64,000 nt of DNA from Penicillus capitatus (Eukaryota > Plantae > Chlorophyta), in assembly GCA_965649825.1 (NCBI GenBank), contig OZ287702.1:62001-126000 (forward strand), read 5' to 3'. Positions 34,324-47,626 of the stretch are shown here, piece after piece; the first letter of the stretch is position 1, and every line of letters begins with the position of its first letter. The notes below the pieces were generated by a model. That model was not told the DNA's origin. It saw only the letters and a list, made by a program, of their open reading frames with translations, and searched no databases. The position numbers and the translations under genes are program-made.

Positions 34324-36055
34324 TCAAAGAAAGTCTGCTGCAGATCTTGCTGTGAGACTCGCTATCCAACTTTTGAATTCCATCGGTTTAAATGTCTTGA
34401 CCTTGTTTCTGAACGGGGAGTTTGGTGAATGACGATGGAAGGCAGAGACGACCTTCTCGAAGATATCGTTGTACTCCATCAGATTATGTAAAACGACGGC
34501 GCACCAGGCAGCCCATTGGAATTCTTCTTCCTTACGACTTCTTGAAAATGTGAGTACTTCCTGCGACCGCACACAGCGCCAATGAGATCGTGGTGTTAGG
34601 GACGTGTGGGATGACTTGACAAAAAACGTCGACTGCGCCAGTGCTGCAGAGCTTCTCTGGTGCCGTTGTTGCCGGTTCGTTAGACAGATTTACAACAGCA
34701 GCCAATGCTTGCTTCCGCGCATCTAGGGAGCTATTGCATTGAATGATAATCATGAGCGATTCCACGGCACCCTCCCGAACCAAGATCGCTCCGACCTGCT
34801 TGTTATCGAAGACCAGATTCCGAACAGCGGTCGCCGCATGTTCGGCATGACGGTTGTTCTTGTACAAAAGCCGAATGAGCTTTGGTGCCATTCCTGTCTC
34901 GATGATCTCCCTCTGCAAACAATACAACCCACCATTGACGTGACATCTTGAGCAGGAGACAGTTGTGATAGACCTTGCCACTGTCGTTAATCGCCAGTCC
35001 ATACAGTACTTTGAGTATAGCGCTCTGCAGTTTGTCATTTGGATGATCCATGAGAGCGACCAGTTTGGGAATGACACCCGTATCGATGACCTTCTGTTTG
35101 ATCTCGACCCTTTCCGCACTGAGTTCGTACAGCGTTTTCGCCACCTCTTTATGAAAATGAAACGGCTCTGTGTAGTGAAGGTCTTGCAGATCTGCATCGA
35201 ACAATCGAGCGACAGCAATGACGCCTCCGTTATGAAAGACAGCAGCCTCGAAACGGTTCACAATAAGATTCTTCGTCATCAGCAGCGCCGAAAACTTCCC
35301 ATTCGATGAAGCGTGATAGAGCATCTTTATCACAGCTGACACGGCGCCAGATCGAACAAATTTCCTGCAGCCATCAGACATCTATCTCTTAGAGAGAGCA
35401 AGCATTCTGTGCGCTGTTCCTACATGAGGTGTTCGGTCTTATTGAGCAAGACATTAAAAAGTGCCGTCAAGACTTTCTCTCTCGTTTCGATACTCAGTGT
35501 GTTGTCGATGAACAACGACACGATGGCCTCCATTCCGTCATCCGACAGGAACTGTGCTTCGTTTGCTTTATTGGATGATAATCTCACGAGTAAATCTGCG
35601 CAGATATCACGAGCAGAGCAGTAGTCCCAAGTCTTAAGCAGTTTTGCCAGTACACGTGGTCCGCCGATTTCGGAGAGCACGAGCTTCACAAAATGTGCGT
35701 TTCGCGAAAGATTCGCCAAATTCACGGCTCCGGCACAGACGCCATCGCGAGTACCATCATGCAACAACTGAACAAATGCTTTGACGGCTCGGTGCTTGAC
35801 GATCTCGTTATGGTTCTCGCGGTCACTGGCGATATTGCATAACGCATGTGCCGCGCCGAAACGCAAAACACCTTGACGGACCGCCACCAACTTCACGAGA
35901 CGTGGCACGCCGCCAGCATTAACGATGCCGCGTCTCCCAGCAGTCGAGCGTGCCACTTCGGTGAGCTTGGCCAAGGCAAGACGCTGTTTCGTTTCGCTGA
36001 CGTCCGATGTGAGTTGCCTTATTAATTGCTCCGGTGTTTCTAAGGAACCTTCCAT
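34324..36055 (-). CDS. Armadillo-repeat protein
   Basis: Repeated ARM helices: IVNAGGVPRLVKLV...AAHALCNIA, VRSGAVSAVIKML, IDTGVIPKLVALM and IETGMAPKLIRLL. Confidence 0.85.
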
Positions 36056-36159
36056 TTCGACACATCTACGGCGGACGAGTGGACGGACGGTAACATCCGT
36101 ATCAGATGTTAAAATGCAGACATCTCTCGATCCTTTCGCATTCGACGGAAGCTCTGCTG

Positions 36160-37610
36160 ATGACGGTCGTCGTTTATGTGGCAAACATTCCACCAGACGT
36201 CACCGACGAGGAGTTTCGGCATTTTTTTGAGGGTCGAGCTGGATGCCTCAGGGCACAAATGGTCAACCGACAAAACGAGTATTCCGGCGGTTTGTGGTTA
36301 AGACACGACAAGACGCGATTGTTTAAGAGTGGCAGGGTTGTTGGAGTACGTGGATCGTCACAGTGCGCTGGACGCGGTGGAGAGACTGCAAGGATGGCAA
36401 GGGTGGGCGCCGAACGGAGGACTGCAACTCGGGCTTTGCGTTCCCGAGATGCCCGAAGGAACGGATGCATCGTACAGTCGATATGCCAAACGACCGCGGT
36501 CAGGTGACGACAATGACAATGTGTAAAAGGACGTACAGGATTCGCACGTGTTGGCTGTAGCGTTTCATCCCACCAACGCTATTCTCCAACAGACATCCTT
36601 TGTCCATGTCGGCGATCATAGACACCCTCTTTTGGAGGTAACGCACTGTATAGAATTCATCATATGCGGCTATTGTGTAATCGAATGTGCGAGACAGAGA
36701 TCTCATGCAGTGGGAAACGATCAGCGTCTGAGATGTGCGACGCCAATCGATCCTCGCCGAGAAATGCCAAGTGAGTGTCGAGACTTGGGCGCGATCGCAG
36801 ACAGAAGGAGTTGAAGGGGTCGTGTTTCCAGGACTGCCTTATACAATGCGAAAACTCAGAAGCGACGACCACGCCGGCCGTTATGCCACGAAATCTGTCG
36901 CACGTACGATTTATGCCTTGGCAGCGAGATGATCATTTTTCGGTGTCAATAGAATGTATCGCTGGAGAAAGGACTTACGGTGGATCATGTCTTCCGTTGT
37001 CCTACCATCCTTTTGAATGCATGGATGACACCGGTGCCCTTCTTAAAGGCACTCCTCATTGCCCATCCGTCAAAGTCGATGCTCAATTTGCTGTTTAGAA
37101 TCCAAATGACTAGTGTTCTGCTCTTGTTTGTAGGATGAACGGGATCTCATCTACAACGAACGTTTGCCGTATCTTCTGAATCCTGCAGAAGCGTTTTATG
37201 ATCTTCCTGCGTTACACACTGTCCAAGTAGCATCTCACGATATTGGATCTTCGGATTCTTCTGTCCATTCACCACCTTCAGTGACGCCGTGCACGACATT
37301 GCATATTGGTGGCCTGCCTCCAGATATTACCCAGCGTGAACTCGCACATGTTTTTCGTCCTTTCGAGGGTTGTCTGGTAAATCACACTTTTACTCGTATC
37401 ATCATCTGAGATTCACTTCAGGAGATCAGACTTTTCGACAATGCTGTCGAAGGCAAGAGACGCGTCAGTGGATTCTGCTGTTTCGAGACCATTGCTCAGG
37501 CGTCCTATGCAATGAAGCATCGACAGGGGTACGCCATGGATCTCACAACGCCCGAAACCATGCATCTGCGCATCTCTTACGCGCGCAAAAAGAACTCAGG
37601 CGCACAGTGA
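36160..37610 (+). CDS. Two-RRM RNA-binding protein (nuclear speckle RBP/RBPMS-like)
   Basis: VYVANIPPDVTDEEFRHFF...GLLEYVDRHSALDAVERLQG and TTLHIGGLPPDITQRELAHVFRPFEG...LRISYAR. Confidence 0.75.
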
Positions 37611-37772
37611 ATCATGATACCACGCTGATGTGACATTCGTGTTAAGTAAGATCCAAGCGAATGCCCGTCGATGATAGGACGATGACATCGATGGTGTTTC
37701 TCAAACCGCATACGCCTCTGCGATACACGCTCCCGCGAACGCGACACGGTCTGCCGCGTAGACAGATTGGCT

Positions 37773-38466
37773 TCATTGAGCGTCTGGCGACGACGGAGGA
37801 ATCAGAAGGGTTCTTAACGGAGGTGCCCAAACCCTATCGCCTCGATGCACTAGCTGAGAACACGGTCCTACAGGTCGGTGTGAAGACGGATGAAGACCCC
37901 GATCTAACATTAACGCGATTCGTTCGAGAAGTCCGAAATACGAACGTGTATACCGAGGTGAATGCCAGAGTGACATCAGAAGTGTGACCTTTCTTGCTTT
38001 CTAAGGTACAGCGTCGGAAACAGTTTGAGAACACACAGGACCGGATGAAACGCAAACGACGCGAACGAGGCATGTCGAGAATGTAAACAGCACAGAAGGC
38101 TGCTCGATTGTGATCTAAGAGTAACGATGCCTTCTGCTGTACCTCAGGGAAGGCGGTTTCAAAACAACGACCTATGGCGACAACGAGATCACGGGATTGG
38201 TCTCCCCACCGTTCCAAGAGGTCTTCGAGGACAGAGGAGAAGAAGAGACAGAGGGTCTGTTTGGAGAAGTACCCCTCCCTACTGATCTTCTCTTGCGTCA
38301 AGCTCACGTCTCGATGTCTGACAGAATGGCTATTTCTCTTCCCTTAACACCGAATCATCTTCTGACGAGTTAGATGACGTCAAGTCCGGTGTAAAGAACG
38401 AGAGTCTGTCATAAAGACAACGAGAGAGATTCTGCTTTATTCGTCTGATACGGAGTCCGTCATCAT
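37773..38466 (-). CDS. Hypothetical protein (model uncertain)
   Basis: A 157-aa protein-like ORF (37834-38307) lies between plausible splice sites. No recognisable family. Confidence 0.3.
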
Positions 38467-38768
38467 TTGTGTGCACATTCTTGGTTCTTTGTTTGTTCTG
38501 AGTGCTCGACAGACAGATATTATTTGAAACTACAGAAACCCATGCGCTTCTAAACGCGTTTCTATAATAAAGAGGGTGGCCATGTTGGCATGTCCCTTCC
38601 TAGCATCATCGCTGATCGGATGTCCGTCACGTCAGACGATCCTCACGGTGAGAATGAGCAATGTGGGTGGATGTATCCGGAAATGCATGCCATCATGATT
38701 CCATTTCGCACTCGAGCGTGATTCGACTGAACGTGACGTTGTAAAAAATTCGTTAAGGCGTCGAAGAA

Positions 38769-41700
38769 ATGGGCGTCCCTGCTTTCTACCGTTGGCTCAG
38801 TTCCAGGTACGTCGAGCGTTACGCCCACTTTTTCCGTCTCTGCGGAATCTACTCATTAAACACGGCCAGCGTCTTGACATGTGACCCCGAGCAGGTATCC
38901 GAAATGTGTCGTCTTGCTAGAGGAACAGGAGCCGGCTGTGGTGGACGGCATCGAAATTCCAATTGACTGCACTCAGGAGAGTCCAAACGGCCATGTGGAC
39001 AATCTCTATCTGGTTTACCTCTATCATCCATCAAAATCTCGCGTTTACGGATGTCTCGTGAGCAGGACATGAATGGCATCATCCATCCATGTTTCCATCC
39101 AGAAGACAAAGTAGAGTGAGAAAGTGTGATGTCGGATGTGATGGTGTGTGTGAGTGAACAGGCGGCGCCATTGACATTTGAACAGTGCTTTAAAGATATC
39201 TTTGCCTATATTGATCGTATCATGGCTATTGTCCGTCCCCGAAAGCTGCTTTTCATGGCGATTGGTATGTTTTCTCTTTCTTTGAGCAACGGATGAGATA
39301 GATGCATATGTAGATGGTGTGGCACCACGCGCCAAGATGAACCAGCAACGCTCCAGGAGATTCAAATCGGCGAAAGATGCACAAGACAAGGTGCTGCTGG
39401 TCTAAATGTAGCGCATCGTGGAGGAACGTTGTTTTGTGTGACAGTTAACAGAGGAGAAGCGTATTCGTGCGGAGCTACAGGCACAGGGAATGAAAGTCCG
39501 CGATGCAAAAGGCATTTCCGAGACATCTGCCCTGGGAGACAGCAATATCATCACCCCAGGCACTGCTTTCATGGCTAAGCTCTCTATTGCACTACAGTAT
39601 TACATCCATCAACGTATCAATACGCAACCTGCATGGAAGCCCCTTACAGTATGTACTGTCGGCATATGTGGTCTGAACACGCGTCATGTGTATCAATCAG
39701 GTAATGCTTTCCGATGCGAATGCTCCTGGAGAAGGGGAACACAAGATCATGGAGTACATTCGTGAGCAGAGGGGTCGTCCAGGATGGCAGCCCAATATGA
39801 CCCATGTGGTTTCTGGCTTGGACGCAGATTTGATTCATTTGGCCCTGGCAACACACGAGCCACATTTTCATATCTTGCGTGAAGTCGTCTTTGGTCCTTC
39901 AGCAGGAGATGCTCCGGAAGGAGGAGCCAAGCCCAAAGTTCCTTATCAGTACCTCAAGATCTCTCTTCTTAGGGATTATCTGGAATTGGAGTTTAATGAC
40001 GTGCGATTGCCTTTTCACTTTGATAAAGAGCGGATCTATGATGATTTCGTTTTCCTGTGTTTCTTTGTGGGAAATGACTTTCTTCCCCACTCACCAACGC
40101 TTGAGATTCGTGAAGGAGGAATTGATTTGCTGATGACGATCTATAAACGTCAGTTACCTTTTTTGGGAGGCTGGCTCTGCGATGGAGCCACAGTACATCT
40201 CAGACGTGTGGAAGTGATCATCCGTGAAGTGGCCAGATGCGAAGAGCGGATATTACAGAAAAGAATGCGTATTATGAAGAATCAAGAGTCCAAAAGGTAC
40301 GAACACACAAGTGTCGATCTCTCTGTTGCTCAATGCTATCTTTCAGAAATTCTGCTGTGAAACGGCCGATGAGTGTGGATACAGTAACACCTCCACCACG
40401 AGTTCCAATCACTACCGATCCAGCCTTAGAGTCTTGCAAAGGCACTCCGAAGAAGCAAAGAACAGAAGAAGAAGAGAGTGCCCGTGGTAATGTCAAATAT
40501 CTGTGTACAGAATCGAACCTCACTCTTCTGCTTTGCTGACAGACAGCTTTCTCGAAATCGATGCGAGCACTGAGCAAGCAACACCTGTCAATCCTCGAAA
40601 AATCTGGGACGATCTGATGTCTGTCAGTCCAGCTGAAAAGGCAGAGAATATCGTAAGTGTTTCCTTCCATCCATTTTGCGGCAAACTGTATGATCTGTTG
40701 GCAGCTGCCCGAGGAGCCCAAGAGTGATTCGGACGAAGAGATCAATGAAATTGAAGTGATGGTTCAGACGCGGTTAAAGAACTCGGCACATGAAAAGGCT
40801 GACATGTTTGACTCTATGGTCCAACATGGAGAAGCTATTGGATATGGAATGCGAGGATGGAAGGAGCGCTATTACCGAATGAAAATCCCAGATGTACCGG
40901 AGAAACAAAGAATAGAAGTGGTGAAAGACATGGTGGAGAAGTTTGTGGAGGGACTGATGTGGGTGATGGCCTATTACTATGAAGGAGTGGCCTCGTGGAC
41001 ATGGTACTATCCCTACCACTATGCTCCATTCGCCTCAGACATGGTCAAAATCGCGCACATTCGACCCAGTTTCCAGCTGGGAGAGCCTTTCCTTCCCGTC
41101 AACCAACTCATGGCCGTTCTCCCAGCTGCCAGTCGATTCTGCCTCCCTCAAGTAATAGACAGAACATGCTGAGGAGACGAGACAAACGCATTGTCTGTAT
41201 GGCAGTGTCTGCAACACTTGTTTGTCGACCATGACTCTCCAATCATCGATTTCTATCCTGAAAACTTCAAGTGTGATATGAACGGAAAGAGATTCTCTTG
41301 GCAGGCCGTTGTCTTGCTGCCCTTCATTGATGAAGAGAGATTGATCAATACAACCAAGTGCGTTGCGTTCATCTGCTTAGCTTCCTTGTAGCTTCTTTGC
41401 TGTGTCAGGAAGTACTTTGGTGAATTTACGGAAGAAGAGAAAGAAAGGAACAAGAGAAAACTGACGCAGTTCTATGTTGGCGAGCAGCATCCACTGACGG
41501 AATATATAAAGAGCGGAGCGTCGTTTGACAATGCTACAAAGGTTGTCAAACTGCAGCTCGATCCAGAGAAAAGCTCTGGACTCAATGGACATCTATGTGT
41601 GACGGAAGATTATTGTCCCGAAACTCTTCCTGCTCCTTTTGACTTAGGAGAAGATATTACACAGAATCGTGTCATTATGGGATCTTTCCTCAATCCTCCT

Positions 41701-42503
41701 CACCAAAAACACCTCAGTCGGCTCATGTCTGGGGCTGAAGAGGAGGTAAGGACGCAATTCTGCAGCCGCGTGTCACAAGTGTGTGTCTTTAGTCGACTGG
41801 ACTGACGATTTACGACATTCCTCCAGAACAGGAGCCGTGGCATGAGCATCCAAGAGCAGGGAACAATCCGCCGTCGCGTCCCTCCCATCCACGACCTCAG
41901 TTTGCCATTGACAGAGATGCTGCCCATCGTTTTGTTGTCCATTCCGTCAGTGGTCCGCGTTTCAAAGATGAAGCTCCTCAACGTTCGACACCGCAAAAAT
42001 TCGCTCTCCGTGCATCTGCTCCTGAGTTTGTGCCAGAGCACGTAACCAGGATGGCGATGCAAATGACAGGGCATCTTGGCAGTACAAGTCCATCGATATG
42101 TCCACCCCCCGTTCCACCAGATGCCGTAACCGCCGCAGCCATTCGATTGAGTGAACGTGCAAGAAGGCAGCCGATGGTTGGGAACCTGCAGCCGATGTTC
42201 CCAATGACACCGCAGCATCAGCATCAGCAGCACAATATCCATCCCCATTACTCGCCTCTCATGATGCCACAGTTTCCTGCTGGATTTCAATCTTTCATGC
42301 CACAGTCTCCTATGCAAGGAGGACAGCAGCCGCACATCCGTGGACCTGCTTTTTTCGAACCGCGTCCGCATGGTTTGGGAAATGTCAGGACACCACCGCC
42401 ACATTCGCAGAGGCCACCGCAAGGACACGTAGGAAATTTTCGCGCATCGCCGCAGAGAGGTGGAGAGGTCAAGAGACCCCAAAGCAACAAAAGAAAGAAG
42501 TGA
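38769..42503 (+). CDS. XRN3: 5'-3' exoribonuclease XRN2/XRN3 (Rat1)-like, multi-exon
   Basis: [76 protein letters not shown] and [19 protein letters not shown], with a Pro/Gln-rich tail. Confidence 0.95.
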
Positions 42504-42701
42504 CCGACCTCTTTCGCTCTCTTGAATTGGGATATGCAAAACACGGTGTGATTGAGATCCATCAATAAAGGAGACCATGCATGAATTGATAAGGTAGCTG
42601 TCGGGATGGATACCGAAGTTGTGTGTTATCCATCTCGTATTCACTGTCACATCATTATCGCGTTTAGTCCCGCGCGTCTTTTCGCGTTTCGCTTATCGCA
42701 C

Positions 42702-44926
42702 ATGTCTGGCGAAGATCATAACTGTGACGGGCGAATGGGGTCAGCGAGTGAGACAGAAGGATTGACGGAGCTCTGTTCCATCTGCTGCGAATCGATCGAT
42801 GTTCCGTCGACGACTGTCTTTTGCGGTGACTAAGGGGAATATTCTTGAAGGCGGTGGCGGTGGGAGCATGTCAACATGCGTTAACTTGTGCCATCTGTAC
42901 GCTACGTCTGAGGATTTGTTACCGAGACAACGGCTGTCCATTTTGCAAGAGACATCTCAAGAGGGTCTATATCACGAACAAACCGTTGGGCAATGGCGCT
43001 GGACTCAATTACGGACAACTTGTTGCTCAGAGGAATCGATTTGAGACAGACAAAAGATGGCCGAGTGGAATCTGGGTGGACAAACAGAGTCTTTGCTCCG
43101 GGCAGCCTCTTGTACAGTATCTGAAATCGAAGATGAAAAGAACGTGTCGTTTGTGTGACCCCTCTGGAACCTGCTCGGAAGAATTTCAATCTTTCAAAGA
43201 CATGAGAGACCATTTCAGAAAACGGCACCACAAATCCACGATCTGCAATGTTTGTTATCAAGTGCGAGCTCTGTTCGTTGAGAGAGCATCCGTTCGATGG
43301 ACGGAGATTTAGGCAAATCGTTACTTTCCACGAGAGCTGGAGATTTTTGAGAACGACGAGAATCTTGCGGCGCATTTGGAATCGCATCCCCAATGCGAAT
43401 ACTGTGGGCATCGTTATTTTGGAAAGGACGAGCTCTTCAGTCACATGCGAAAAAAGCACTGTCTCTGCCAGCTATGCCACAGCCAAGGTCGTCGACATGT
43501 CTACTTTGAGAACACCGAGCACTATAGGCAACACTTGAGGTAGGGATGGAGGTAGATGCCGCTCTCGGGGCCTCCTAATGACAAGGGTGTGTTTGGCAGA
43601 GAAATGCATTTTGCGTGTATGGAGGCGGAATGCCGAGAGAGTTTGATTGCCTTCAATACGGCTGAGGAATTGAACGATCATTTGGCAGAGCATCATGGAA
43701 TACAGCCAGCAGGACGACGCGGGACACGGACACTGCATCCACAGTTCCTTGGCATGGGATCGAGAAATCGAACAGCGCCGTCGCAAGCACACACTCAACG
43801 AAGAGGGTTCGCGGGCAATGAACTGCAGCGACGGTAGAGACATTACCTTCAGTTGTACCCCTCTCCTGAGGTTGCGCTGCATAGAGGCGAAACTGGCTTC
43901 CTTATGATCGATGATGATTTGCCGCCTGTTTATGGTGCTGTTCAGCCTGTTCATCGTAACCGACAACCGATTGTGCCTTCTGCTCAAACGTTGCCCAGCC
44001 AGGAAGAGTTTCCAGCATTGCCAGCCGCTTCTCAGCCTCCGCCAAGGCCAATCCTCAATATTCCGAAGAAGGTTTCGATGAAACGGTCCTGCCCTTGTGG
44101 CCGAAATTCCAAAACCGTTCTCGTACCAGAAGGAACTCAACCAGCGCCTCTCGAGTGTGATGCAGAGTGTGAGAGAGCACAACGCCGTGCACGATTGGCT
44201 GAGGCTTTCAACATCGATACTGCCACTTATGCAGGGGCCTTTGACGTCCAGTTTTCTGCAGACCTGATCACATGGGCACGAAACAGGCCTAACGACGTCG
44301 AGCAAATCGAAGATCGGCTGCAACGGCATGTGCGTTTGAGAGATGTGCAGCGCTTTACTCTGGATGGACTGCCAAGAGATACCAAGAAACTTGTCGTATG
44401 CTTGGCAGAGAGCTACGGCGCCGTTGGTCGTGTGATCCATACCTCGAATGCCGTCGAAGTCCTTCTTACCCCTCGAAGCTGCCTGCCCGCCAAACGATTG
44501 GCGCATGTGGCTGGGAAGATGTCCGAAGAGGACTACAACGATCTCCTTAAGGAATCGCTGAAGCAGACGCTCTTTTTGGAGGACATCCAGAAATCTGTCA
44601 ACATCCGACGGTATCTCATCAGTTGGGATGGAGACTACGAGATGGAGTTTCTCTCGAAGACAGTGGCACGATTGAAATTCAGAACACCTCAAGCATTCAA
44701 ATCTGCCTGTGATGCTCTCGGAGGTGGTGTCCGAGATGCTTTCCGCGTCCGGCAGCCACTCAGCGACATCCAACGCCAGAAAGAGACTGCTGCACTTCCA
44801 GGCGATGATCCGGCTGCCGTGAAGGGACGTTCAGTGAATCCAAAATCGACAGTCCGTTCTGCAAAGGGGAAAGAGGGTGAACAGTTGATCCTGCGGAATC
44901 CTTTTCAAGTGTTGAGTCGATTGTGA
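42702..44926 (+). CDS. ZNF598: ZNF598/Hel2-like RING plus C2H2 E3 ligase with an NFX1/NFXL1-type C-terminal module
   Basis: CSICCESID/AVAVGACQHALTCAICTLRLRICYRDNGCPFCK and HPQCEYCGHRYFGKDELFSHMRKKHCLCQLC. The C-terminus has SCPCGR...LECDAECERAQRRARLAEAFNI. Confidence 0.8.
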
Positions 44927-44976
44927 CATGGTTGGACTGTACGACATCGCATTCTTTTGTTCGGTTTGCATTGCCT

Positions 44977-46288
44977 ATGGACAGACTGCTTCGCGAAATT
45001 TATCGCCGCCATACTAGTATCCAACCGTCAGGTCCAATGGGATCCCATTCGCCCGGCGTGTGTCACATCAGACATCGTAGACGTGAAGCTGTGCGGGTTG
45101 CTTTTTCCATTTAGCTTCGCAGGATGCAAGCACCGTACGTCACTTTCTCAAACGGATCCCGTGATGCATCAAGCATTTCCACGCTTTGTTTAGGGGATAC
45201 TATCCTCCGTCTCAAGGTCCTCGTCCCTCCGCCCTACCACGCACCGAAGACGAAGGAAATGTCGTCCTTTGTATGGTACTTCCAGACTGCCTAATACTAC
45301 CCGTGGTCTCATTGGAGAGAACGGTTGGTTGTATGACTAGGTGGATAACATGATGTATCCCATCACAGAGGACGCCTTGGAGACGGTCGTGAAAGCTTAC
45401 GGAGAAGTTGTCCAACGTGTGATTTACGAGCGTTCTGGTGTCTGGCAAGTCAGTAGACCATCCTGCTGCCGTTTCAAAGATGTAGAGAGATGTGTCCTTA
45501 GGCCGTTGTGCAGTATGCCACAGCAGCCAGCGCGAATTCTGCTAAACAAGCATTGGAGGGGCATGCCATCTATGAGGGAGGTTACAATAAGGTATAGGAG
45601 AGCCCATGACCGAAGGAATTGACAGCAGAGTGGATTGTCTGCAGTTGCGAGTATTCAACTCGACCAAACACGCCTTAGCCTATGCCACAGCGGCAATCGC
45701 GATGCCGGAGTATAAACTCTCAGACCAAGAGGCCGCGAATGTCAGGACTGTTGGTGAGAGATGAAAGAAATTTACCACGCGCGATCATAAGATGGCGATC
45801 ATCTGTCGTAGTGAATGGGGATGACTACGTGCGTGCCCACAGTGACATTGGAAGAGGGACCTTTGCCGCTCTTTCTGGACAGCCTCTTCCACCATCCTAC
45901 GTTCCAACAACGATTCCACCAAGTTCGTTCCGTTGCGTCAGGATGTTTCTCATTGGATGTGTGTGCTATAGTGGGAACCCAGCCGCCAATAGGCACTGTC
46001 CCTGTCGGGGGTCCACAGATGTATGTGCGACCCTCCGATCCTTACATGAACGGACCCCCTCCTCAAGGTCCTTATCCATCACCTGCCTTGTCATCTGGAA
46101 GTTATCATCACATGCAGCAATCCTCGAATTTTCCAAGAATGATAGATGCGCGCAGTACACGTCCGATACCAATGACAACATATCAACAGCACCCGGTGCA
46201 GCATCACATGCAGCCACAAGTTGCGCCCAATCGCAATTCGCACAGTATCCTCCTTCTTTATCAGGAAAGAGAGCGGAAGGGCGATTGA
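44977..46288 (+). CDS. PTB/hnRNP-L-type RRM protein with Pro/Gln-rich tail
   Basis: NMMYPITEDALETVVKAYGEV...ALVQY...AKQALEGHAIYEGGYNK/LRV resembles plant PTB (EGHCIYDGGFCKL). Confidence 0.7.
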
Positions 46289-46547
46289 TGGTGATGTAGG
46301 GTCGGGAATGATGTCTGGAGGTTCGGATCGCTCCAAGCAAGTCTAGCCATGGCGGTCAAACGTTGGCGGATTTGAGGGGCGGGGTCAGTTTCAAGAGCAA
46401 TAAAGTCTTTACTCCGTAGCTTGATTGATCGCTTTTCATTTCGTTCATCAATCAAAGTGACCGAACTTTGCCCATTGCTTTGATTGGCTGTTGTCCTGAA
46501 AATTGTATGAACGGTGCGCGCACCGCGCAATAAAAGAAAGTAAAGGA

Positions 46548-46621
46548 TGCCTCTTCAGAGAGTCGAACTCTGGACCTCTCGCTTACAAGGCGAGCGCTCT
46601 AACCAACTGAGCTAAAAAGGC
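46548..46621 (-). tRNA. tRNA-Thr: tRNA-Thr(UGU), intronless
   Basis: GCCTTTTTAGCTCAGTTGGTTAGAGCGCTCGCCTTGTAAGCGAGAGGTCCAGAGTTCGACTCTCTGAAGAGGCA folds into a full cloverleaf with anticodon TGT and A/B boxes. A T-rich Pol III terminator follows. Confidence 0.97.
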
Positions 46622-46773
46622 ATTCGTCCCATCATTCCATTGATCGCATATCTGTTAGCTCAAAGCAACTGCTCAGGAAATGTGTAACTCACGTTTACAA
46701 GACAATGACGCCGACAAAACAACAACGATCTCCGCGTTCTTTCGAAAAGAAGAAGCATGTAAGGGTTCTCTCT

Positions 46774-47525
<752 letters not shown>

Positions 47526-47626
47526 CTCAGACGTTGACAGCAAACGACAAAGCGCAACGAAAGACTCGATGGACACGAGGCCACGATATGACTGCTGCCA
47601 AAAGGGACAGTGACTGTTCATTTTCG

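Noticed and set aside
37661-37987. 108-aa plus-strand ORF after the RRM gene
   Set aside because: It overlaps the competing minus-strand model, and neither can be validated from sequence alone.
43472-44773. 433-aa minus-strand ORF
   Set aside because: It is the antisense shadow of the ZNF598-like coding exon and has no motifs. The same applies to 19105-20079, 41700-42650, 17320-18156 and 56599-57210.
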